Source: Burkholderiales bacterium | GTDB lineage: Bacteria; Pseudomonadota; Gammaproteobacteria; Burkholderiales; SG8-39 | Direction of reading: 5' to 3' | Length of the DNA stretch: 48,989 nt | NCBI GenBank assembly: GCA_035607175.1 | Contig: DATNCP010000195.1 | Span: forward strand, 1-48,989 | Shown: positions 26,779 through 33,878 of the stretch, in pieces | How the letters are laid out: each line of letters begins with the position of its first letter | Position numbering within the stretch: the stretch's first letter is position 1 | Position numbers and translations under genes: made by a program | Notes under the pieces: generated by a model | Seen by the model: only the letters and a program-made list of their open reading frames with translations | Told to the model about the DNA's origin: nothing | Database searches by the model: none

Positions 26779-27881
26779 TGCGTACGCTCACCGCCCTCTG
26801 GGTGAAGGAATGGCTGGCGCTGTCGCGCGACGTGCACGGCCTCGCCGTGCTGTTCCTCATGCCGGCGGCATTCATCGTCATCATGTCCCTCGCGCTGAGC
26901 GACGTGTTCCGCGACGGCAGCGGCCGGCCGGTGGATTTCGCGGTGCTCTCGGCCGACGCCAGTGCCGCCGTCTACCTCGCCGACGGGATCGCCGGCGAAG
27001 GCTTCAAGGCGACGCGCGCGCCCGCCAGCGAAGCCGAGGCGCGCGACCAGGTGCGCAAAGGCAGGCTCGCGCTGGTGCTGGTCGTGCCGGCGCGGTTCGG
27101 CGCCGACCCGTCGGCGACGCTCAAGCTGCTGGCCGATCCAGCCCTGCCGCCGATCCAGATCGCCACCTTCCTGCAGCGCGTCCACGGCGCGACGCACGGC
27201 GTCAAGTCCTCGGCCCCGGCGCTCGAGCTCGAGGTGGTCGGCAACCCGCGCGGCGGCAGGCCTTCCTCGGTGCAGCAGAACGTTCCCGCATGGCTGATCT
27301 TCGGCATGTTCCTCGTCGTCATGCCGATCTCGGCGCTGTTCATCGCCGAGCGGCGCGACGGCACGCTCGCGCGCCTCGTCAGCCAGCGCGTACCGTTCTC
27401 GATGCTGCTGCTCGGCAAGGTCGGCCCGCTGTTCGTCATCAACCTGGTGCAAGCGGCGCTGATGCTCGCCGCCGGCCGCACGCTCGTGCCGTGGCTCGGC
27501 GGCGAATCGCTGGCGCTGCCGGCGCGCTGGGACCTGCTCGCGGCAGTGGCCGCGAGCACCAGCCTCGCGGCGATCGGCTGGGGGCTGCTGGTCGCCGTCG
27601 CCTCGCGCACCATCGAGCAAGCGACCGTGATCGGCGGCGTCGGCACCATCCTCGCCGCGGCGCTCGGCGGCATCATGGTGCCGCGCTTCGTCATGCCCGA
27701 GTCGATGCAGACCTGGGCCGCGCTCTCGCCGATGGCGTGGGCGCTGGACGGCTTCCACGCGGTGATCCTGCGGCAGGGATCGGCCGCCGACATCGCCCTG
27801 CCCTGCCTCAAGCTGCTCGGCCTCGCCGCGGCGCTGCTCGCGGCGGCGCTGTGGCTGCACCACAGCCGGCGCGCCGCATGA
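26778..27881 (+). CDS. ABC-2-type transporter permease
   Basis: 367 aa. One N-terminal TM helix and a large loop are followed by about 5 TM helices (..NVPAWLIFGMFLVVMPISALFIAERRDGTLARL..). The ATG shares one nt with the upstream TGA. Confidence 0.8.
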   Translation: MRTLTALWVKEWLALSRDVHGLAVLFLMPAAFIVIMSLALSDVFRDGSGRPVDFAVLSADASAAVYLADGIAGEGFKATRAPASEAEARDQVRKGRLALVLVVPARFGADPSATLKLLADPALPPIQIATFLQRVHGATHGVKSSAPALELEVVGNPRGGRPSSVQQNVPAWLIFGMFLVVMPISALFIAERRDGTLARLVSQRVPFSMLLLGKVGPLFVINLVQAALMLAAGRTLVPWLGGESLALPARWDLLAAVAASTSLAAIGWGLLVAVASRTIEQATVIGGVGTILAAALGGIMVPRFVMPESMQTWAALSPMAWALDGFHAVILRQGSAADIALPCLKLLGLAAALLAAALWLHHSRRAA

Positions 27882-28144
27882 CGCGCGAAGCGCTGATCGC
27901 CGAGCTGACCGCGCTGATCCTGGAGGTCACGGACAAGCGCCTCGAGGGCGCGCCGCTCGCCGCCGACGAGCCGATCTTCGGCTCGCGCACCCGGCTCGCG
28001 CTCGATTCGCTCGACGCGCTGCAGGTGTCGATGGCGCTGCTGCGGCGCTACCGCGTGCGCCTGGTCGACAGCAAGGAGACGCGCCGCATCCTCTCCTGCG
28101 TCGGCAACCTCGCCGATCACCTGCTGGAACAGCGGCTGGCCTGA
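27878..28144 (+). CDS. acyl carrier protein (phosphopantetheine attachment LDSLDAL)
   Basis: 88 aa with a D-S-L motif (..RLALDSLDALQVSMALL..). ATGA overlap upstream. Confidence 0.75.
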   Translation: MTREALIAELTALILEVTDKRLEGAPLAADEPIFGSRTRLALDSLDALQVSMALLRRYRVRLVDSKETRRILSCVGNLADHLLEQRLA

Positions 28145-29148
28145 TGGCGAGTTTCGTGCGCGCGGCGGCCGTCGCCAGCGCGTCCGCGCCGGACGTCGTG
28201 CCCGACCTGGCCTTGCCGCCGGCCGGCGGCGACTGGGCGACGCGCGCCGAAACCATCGCGCGCGCGGTCGCCGCGGCGCTGAAAAGCAAGGCCGGCCTGC
28301 CGCCGAGCGAGTGGCGGCAGCTACCCTGCCTGGTCGGCTCCTCCTCCCACTTCATCGGCGCGCGCGAAGCGCAGCCCGGTGCGGCGCTCGGGCCGCCGGT
28401 CGAGTTCGCGATGCAGCTTGCGCGCTGGTTCGGCGCATCCGGGACGGCGATGGCGGTGAACACCGCCTGCACCTCGGGGCTTACGGCGCTGGGCCTGGCG
28501 CGAGACATGGTCGAGAGCGGCGCCTGCCCGCACGTGCTCGTCCTCGGCGTCGAGCTCGCCAACCGCCTGACCGGCGCGGGGTTCTCGGCGCTCGGCCTGC
28601 TTTCCGCGACCCAGGCGCGGCCCTGCGATCTCGAGCGCGACGGGCTGGTGCTCGGCGAAGCCGTTGGCGCCGTCGTCGTTTCCGGTTCGGGCCCATGGCG
28701 CGTGGCATCGGCGGAAATCGCGGTGGATCCGGGCGGCTTTGCGGCTCCGGCGCCGAACGAAACGGTCATCGCCAAGGTGATGGACGCAGCGCTTTCGGCC
28801 GCCGGCTGGAAAGAGATCGACCTCCTGAAGCTGCAGGCGGGAGGCAGCCCCGTCGGCGACCTCGCCGAGGCGCGAGCGGTGCGTCGTACGTTCGCCGCGC
28901 TGCCGCGCATGGTGTCGTTGAAGGGCGCTATCGGTCACACGCTGGGCGCAAGCGGTCCGGCCGAGCTCGCGTTGCTCCTCGACGCGCTCGCGCGCGGCAG
29001 CGTGCCGCCGACCGCCGGCTTCGCGCGGGTCGATCCCGAGCTCGGCCTGCGGCCGCAGGCCGCCGACGCGACCTCGATCCGGCGCGTGCTCTTCAACCTG
29101 GCGGGGTTCGGCGGCCACGTCGCCAGCCTCGCTCTGGAAAAAGCATGA
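28144..29148 (+). CDS. short beta-ketoacyl synthase (FabF/FabB-like) with atypical active-site signature
   Basis: 334 aa. The nucleophile is in VNTACTSGL and Lys/His in SLKGAIGHTLGASG. The position of the first catalytic His (HGTGT..GD) reads QAGGSPVGD by my alignment. Confidence 0.7.
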   Translation: MASFVRAAAVASASAPDVVPDLALPPAGGDWATRAETIARAVAAALKSKAGLPPSEWRQLPCLVGSSSHFIGAREAQPGAALGPPVEFAMQLARWFGASGTAMAVNTACTSGLTALGLARDMVESGACPHVLVLGVELANRLTGAGFSALGLLSATQARPCDLERDGLVLGEAVGAVVVSGSGPWRVASAEIAVDPGGFAAPAPNETVIAKVMDAALSAAGWKEIDLLKLQAGGSPVGDLAEARAVRRTFAALPRMVSLKGAIGHTLGASGPAELALLLDALARGSVPPTAGFARVDPELGLRPQAADATSIRRVLFNLAGFGGHVASLALEKA

Positions 29149-29789
29149 CTTACCTGGTCGCGCCGACGGTGCTTCGCGTTGCGCCCGGCGAGATGGCCGC
29201 GCGCACGCGCGAGCGGTTCGGCGGCGAGCTGCGCCGGGCCGGCGGCTTCGCGCAGCTCTGCCTGCTCGGGGCGCAAGCGTGCCTCGACTCGGCGCCGCAG
29301 CGAGCCTCCCTCGGCGTGCTCTGGGCCTCCCGCCACGGCGCGCGCGCCGCGGCGCGCGCCGCGCTGCAGGAGGCGGCGAGCGGCGAGCCGGTGATGCCGT
29401 TCACGTTCGTCGCGACGCAGCCGCATCTCGCCGCGACGCTGCTCGCGCAGCGATCCGCGCCGGTCGCGCGCGCGGCCTTCGTCCACGTCGCGCCCTCGGA
29501 CTGGCCGCTGCTGCTCGGCCTGGCGCAGACATGGCTCGCGGGCTGCGAGCAAGTGCTCGTCGGCTGGGTCGAGGAAGGCGCGGAGGGAGAAGCGCACCAG
29601 AGCGACTGGTGCGTGCTGCAGAAAAAGCCGGGAGAGGTCTCCTGCGAGCCGCTGCGCGCGGCGCGCGGCGCGCTGCCGGCGACGAGCGCCGACTGGCTGG
29701 CGCGCGTCGCGGCCTGGACGGCCGCGCCGCGCGAGCCGCTCGCGTTGCGCGGCGGCGGCGAAGCGTGGCGCTTCGCCGCCCGCAGCTAA
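29145..29789 (+). CDS. hypothetical protein, possible degenerate KS-partner (chain-length-factor-like) subunit
   Basis: 214 aa, translationally coupled (ATGA) to the KS. No catalytic motifs were recognised. The assignment rests on its position after a KS, as in KS/CLF pairs. Confidence 0.35.
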   Translation: MTYLVAPTVLRVAPGEMAARTRERFGGELRRAGGFAQLCLLGAQACLDSAPQRASLGVLWASRHGARAAARAALQEAASGEPVMPFTFVATQPHLAATLLAQRSAPVARAAFVHVAPSDWPLLLGLAQTWLAGCEQVLVGWVEEGAEGEAHQSDWCVLQKKPGEVSCEPLRAARGALPATSADWLARVAAWTAAPREPLALRGGGEAWRFAARS

Positions 29790-29802
29790 TTACTTCGGCT
29801 AG

Positions 29803-30228
29803 TTACTTCAGCTTGACGACCGTGCCGCGCAGCGTCACGGAACCGGTGACCCGGCCTGAGGTGCACGTGTATTCGGTCGCGCTTTCGTTGCTGCCGCCGC
29901 TGACGATGTTGACGACGGCGTTGCCGCCCTCCTTGCGCGCGCGGTCCTGCAGGCGAAGGATCGCGCTCACGAACGCCGTCTCGCAGTGCTCCTTCGCGGA
30001 CTTGCGCATCGATTTCTGGGTCGTGCCCCCCTCCCAGATCTTCTTGTCCACCGCCGGCGTCTTTTGCTTGCCGAAGTAGAGTTTGATGTCGTCGCCGATG
30101 GTGTTCTTCGTGTGCTTTCCCGCCTCGAGGCCGTCTTTGATCGACATGTTGACGGTCTCGTCGGCCGCGAAGGCGAGCGACGCAGCGCCGCCGATGGCCA
30201 GAGCAGCGATGATGGTGGAGATTCTCAT
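29803..30228 (-). CDS. secreted small protein of unknown function
   Basis: 141 aa with signal peptide MRISTIIAALAIGGAASLAFA. Strong SD (GGAGGAACC-ATG). The start overlaps the upstream stop (ATGA). Confidence 0.65.
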   Translation of the reverse strand: MRISTIIAALAIGGAASLAFAADETVNMSIKDGLEAGKHTKNTIGDDIKLYFGKQKTPAVDKKIWEGGTTQKSMRKSAKEHCETAFVSAILRLQDRARKEGGNAVVNIVSGGSNESATEYTCTSGRVTGSVTLRGTVVKLK

Positions 30229-30713
30229 GGTTCCTCCCTCGGTTTTTCGGGTTCGTTACCAGCCCTGATTTTAGACCAAGCCGGGTCGTGCGCTTCAAGT
30301 AGCCGCAGCGCGTCGCGGTCAGCGTGGGCGGCGCCGATGCGCAGCATCATGAGCGGCGCCACGGCCCTGGTCAGGCGGGCGACCGCGAACAAGTTCACGC
30401 CGATGACGATCGCCTGCAGGAACGCCTGCTTCCAGGTGAGCCAGGGCGCGAGCACAAGGGCGGTCAGGCCCACCGCGGCGAGCACCGACGAGGCAGCGTG
30501 GGCCCGCGCCGGGTAAGTGAAATAGAAGCGGTAGCGCTGGATGAGGTCGGCCTCGTCCGCGGTGAAGTGGTACGGCGCCTCCCCGGTGGCGACCGGCCCC
30601 TTGCCGACGGCTCTCATGGCGCGCAGCAGCCAGAATTCGAACAGCACGAACCCGGCGACGTAGAGCCAGGAGGCGGAGACGTTCAGGAAACTCCAGCCCG
30701 CGAGAACCAGCAC
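30225..30713 (-). CDS. small integral membrane protein of unknown function
   Basis: About 4 hydrophobic helices (..WLYVAGFVLFEFWLL.., ..AAVGLTALVLAPWL.., ..AIVIGVNLFAVA..). The GTG start at 30713 is my choice, since the upstream part of track ORF 30225-31718 is antisense/overlaps the dioxygenase gene. Confidence 0.45.
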   Translation of the reverse strand: MLVLAGWSFLNVSASWLYVAGFVLFEFWLLRAMRAVGKGPVATGEAPYHFTADEADLIQRYRFYFTYPARAHAASSVLAAVGLTALVLAPWLTWKQAFLQAIVIGVNLFAVARLTRAVAPLMMLRIGAAHADRDALRLLEAHDPAWSKIRAGNEPEKPREEP

Positions 30714-30736
30714 CGCGGCGCTGAGCAGGCCGCCGG

Positions 30737-31777
30737 CTACGACAGTGCCTCGCGGTAGAAGCCCAGGGCCTCGAGCACGGGCCGGTCGCTGATGGAGAAC
30801 AGGATCGCGTCCTCGCCGCCGGTGTTGGCGTGGTCGTGCTGCGCCCAGGAAGGCAGCGCGATGATGTCGCCCTTCTCCCAGTCGAACGCCTTGCCCTCGA
30901 TCGTGCTGCGGCCCTTGCCCTGCACCACGTGGAAGACCGAGCTGCCGGTGACGCGCTTGGGCTTCAGCTTCTCGCCCTTGCGGATCATCTGCACGCGGCA
31001 GGACATGGTCGGCAGCACCGGCCCGCCGGTCTGCGCGTGCGTGTACTCGAGGCAGATGCCGTCGTGCGGGTCGGCGTCGTGGTTGCGCAGGTCGTGCAGC
31101 GCCTCCAGCGTCTGCTGCCACGAATAGATCATGAGCGGCGAGAACAAAGGCCGCTCCGCGCCCCTCATTTTCGTCCATGTGGGCGCCAGCCTGCCGTGGC
31201 CGTACAGCGCTTTCGAGCCGTTCACCGGCTTGTGGTGCGACGCCTTCAGCTCCTTGCCCATCTCGAAGAACATGGCGTTCAGCGACTTGGTGAGGGGCAC
31301 GTCGAGACCGTCCATCCACACCACGGTCTCCTTGGTCTCGTTGCCATGGTCGTGCCATTGCCAGCTCGGCGTGAGGATGAAGTCGCCGGGGTGCATGATC
31401 ACCTTCTCGCCCTCGACCGCCGTGTAGGCGCCGTCGCCCTCGATGATGAAGCGGATCGCCGCCGGCGAATGCCGGTGGGCGCGCGCCACCTCGCCCGGCA
31501 GCAGGACCTGCACCGCGGCGATGAGCGTGTTGGTGGTCGCCCATTGGCCGTTCAGGCCCGGGTTGAAGAGCTGCATTGCGCGCCGCTCGTCGCCGACCGG
31601 CACCGCGCTCGCCGACTGCCTCACCACTTCCTTCAGCAGCGACCATCGCCACTGATGCGGGATGGCCTGCGGCATCGGATGCGGGGTCATCTGGCTCGCG
31701 ATCTCCCACAAGCCCCACATGTGGTTCTGGTGGATGAGCTGATGGAAGGCGTCTTCGGCTTTGGTCGGTGCGTTCAT
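30737..31777 (-). CDS. gentisate 1,2-dioxygenase-like bicupin dioxygenase
   Basis: 346 aa with two cupin modules. Metal-binding His residues lie in ARAHRHSPAAIRFIIEG and SWQWHDHGN. The family resemblance extends along the whole length. Confidence 0.75.
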   Translation of the reverse strand: MNAPTKAEDAFHQLIHQNHMWGLWEIASQMTPHPMPQAIPHQWRWSLLKEVVRQSASAVPVGDERRAMQLFNPGLNGQWATTNTLIAAVQVLLPGEVARAHRHSPAAIRFIIEGDGAYTAVEGEKVIMHPGDFILTPSWQWHDHGNETKETVVWMDGLDVPLTKSLNAMFFEMGKELKASHHKPVNGSKALYGHGRLAPTWTKMRGAERPLFSPLMIYSWQQTLEALHDLRNHDADPHDGICLEYTHAQTGGPVLPTMSCRVQMIRKGEKLKPKRVTGSSVFHVVQGKGRSTIEGKAFDWEKGDIIALPSWAQHDHANTGGEDAILFSISDRPVLEALGFYREALS

Positions 31778-31816
31778 GAGCGCGATTTTACGCCTGTGGC
31801 GCGGTATGCTGGCCTC

Positions 31817-33193
31817 ATGGCAGAGCGTTTCGATGCGATCGTCATCGGTGCCGGCCAGGCCGGGCCGGCGCTCTGCGGCCGCCTCGACAGGGAAGGCCTG
31901 AAGACCGCGCTCGTCGAGCGCAAGCTGCTCGGCGGCACCTGCGTCAACAACGGCTGCATCCCGACCAAGACCCTGGTCGCGAGCGCGCGCGCCGCCCATG
32001 TCGCCCAGCGCGGCGCCGAGTATGGCTTTTCCACCGGGAAATTTGCCATCGACATGAGCGCCGTCAAGCGGCGCAAGGACGGGGTCGTGAAGCATTCGAC
32101 CGACGGCCTGGCGACCTGGATCGGCGGCATGAAGCACGTCTCGCTGCTGAAGGGCCATGCGCGCTTCACCGCGCCGCGCACCGTCGCGGTCGGCGAGCGC
32201 CAGCTCGAGGCCGAGCGCATCTTCATCAACGTCGGCGCGCGCGCGGTGATTCCCGACCTGCCCGGCGTCAAGGACGTGCCGTTCCTCACCAACAGCACGA
32301 TCATGGACGTCGACTTCCTCCCCGAGCACCTGGTGATCGTCGGCGGCAGCTACATCGGCCTCGAGTTCGCGCAGATGTACCGGCGCTTCGGCTCGCGCGT
32401 GACCGTGGTCGAGCGCGCGGCGAAGCTGCTGCCGCGCGAGGACGACGACGTCGCCGCGGAAATCCAGGCCATTCTCCAGCGAGAAGGCATCGACATCCGC
32501 GTCGGGGCCGAATGCATGGCGCTGAAGAAGGAAGGCGCGCGCATCGTCGTCGGCCTGGAGTGCAAGGGCGGCGAGCCGATCGCCGAAGGCAGCCACGTGC
32601 TGCTCGCGGTCGGCCGCAAGCCGAACACCGACGACCTGGATCTGAAAAAAGCGGGGATCGAGACGGACGAGCGCGGCTTCGTCAAGGTGGACGACGAATG
32701 CCGCACCAGCGCGGAAGGCGTCTGGGCGCTCGGCGAGGCAAACGGCAAGGGCGCGTTCACCCATACCTCGTACAACGACTACGAGATCGTCGCCGCCAAC
32801 CTGTTCGACGCCGACCGGCGCCGCGTCTCCGACCGGATCATGACCTACGCCCTGTTCATCGATCCGCCGCTCGGCCGCGCCGGCATGAGCGAGCAGGAGG
32901 CGAAAAAGAGCGGGCGCAAGGTGCTGCGCGCCAAGATGCCGATGGCGCGCGTCGGCCGGGCGCGCGAAGCGGGCGAGACGCAGGGATTCATGAAAGTGCT
33001 GGTGGATGCCGAGTCGAAGGAACTGCTCGGCGTCTCCCTGCTCGGCATGAGCGCGGACGAGGTCGTCCATTCGCTGCTCGACGTCATGTACGCGCGCAAG
33101 CCCTACACGACGATCCAGCGCGCGGTGCACATCCATCCCACCGTCAGCGAGCTGGTTCCGACCCTGCTGGGACTGCTGAAGCCGCTCGCCTGA
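31817..33193 (+). CDS. class I pyridine nucleotide-disulfide (FAD) oxidoreductase, MerA/Lpd-like without metal-binding extensions
   Basis: GAGQAG dinucleotide fold, redox-active disulfide GGTCVNNGCIPTK, and C-terminal HIHPTVSE. No NmerA domain and no C-terminal Cys pair. Confidence 0.8.
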   Translation: MAERFDAIVIGAGQAGPALCGRLDREGLKTALVERKLLGGTCVNNGCIPTKTLVASARAAHVAQRGAEYGFSTGKFAIDMSAVKRRKDGVVKHSTDGLATWIGGMKHVSLLKGHARFTAPRTVAVGERQLEAERIFINVGARAVIPDLPGVKDVPFLTNSTIMDVDFLPEHLVIVGGSYIGLEFAQMYRRFGSRVTVVERAAKLLPREDDDVAAEIQAILQREGIDIRVGAECMALKKEGARIVVGLECKGGEPIAEGSHVLLAVGRKPNTDDLDLKKAGIETDERGFVKVDDECRTSAEGVWALGEANGKGAFTHTSYNDYEIVAANLFDADRRRVSDRIMTYALFIDPPLGRAGMSEQEAKKSGRKVLRAKMPMARVGRAREAGETQGFMKVLVDAESKELLGVSLLGMSADEVVHSLLDVMYARKPYTTIQRAVHIHPTVSELVPTLLGLLKPLA

Positions 33194-33194
33194 G

Positions 33195-33869
33195 CTAGAG
33201 GTGCGGCGGCGGGGTCTTGTTGATCGTGATGCGACCGCCCTCGACCGTGACATACCCGCCCTGCGACAGGTCGCGCAGGATGCGGTTGATCATCTCGCGC
33301 GAGGCGCCGACGCGGTTGGCGATTTCCTTCTGCGTCAGCTTGTCGGGGATCACCAGCTTGCCGTCCTGCTCGACCGCGAGCTCCATCAGCACGCGCGCCA
33401 CCCGGCCGTAGACGTCGAGCAGCGCCAGGCTGCGCACGTTCTCGTTCAGCCCGCGCGCGACGCGGATCAGGTTGCGGATCACCTCGAGCGAGATCGCCGG
33501 GTGCTTGAGCAGCACGGCGACGAACTCGGCGCGCGACAGCGTCGCGAACTGCGACGGCTCGAGGGTCATGACCGTGGCGGAGCGCGCGCGCTCGTCGAGC
33601 ACCATCTCGCCGAAGTACTGCCCCGGTCCCTTGATGTCGAGGATCAGCTCCTTGCCGCTCTCGTCGCCGAGGTAGACCTTCACCTTGCCGGAGAGGATCA
33701 GGTAGAGGGAATCGCTGAGGTCGCCCTCGTTGATGACGATCGCGTTCTTCGGAAAGGAGCGCGGCACGGTCCGCTCGGCGAGCGCGTGCAGCTGCTCTTC
33801 GCTCAGTCCCGCGAACAGCGGGATCTTGGTCAGGTCGGCGCGGGGCACCGGCGGCGATTCTAGCGCCAT
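33195..33869 (-). CDS. Crp/Fnr-family transcriptional regulator (cNMP-binding domain + HTH)
   Basis: cNMP-binding signature FGEMVLDERARSATV and HTH TQKEIANRVGASREMINRILRDL. No Fnr-type N-terminal Cys cluster. Confidence 0.85.
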   Translation of the reverse strand: MALESPPVPRADLTKIPLFAGLSEEQLHALAERTVPRSFPKNAIVINEGDLSDSLYLILSGKVKVYLGDESGKELILDIKGPGQYFGEMVLDERARSATVMTLEPSQFATLSRAEFVAVLLKHPAISLEVIRNLIRVARGLNENVRSLALLDVYGRVARVLMELAVEQDGKLVIPDKLTQKEIANRVGASREMINRILRDLSQGGYVTVEGGRITINKTPPPHL

Positions 33870-33878
33870 AATGAAGCG

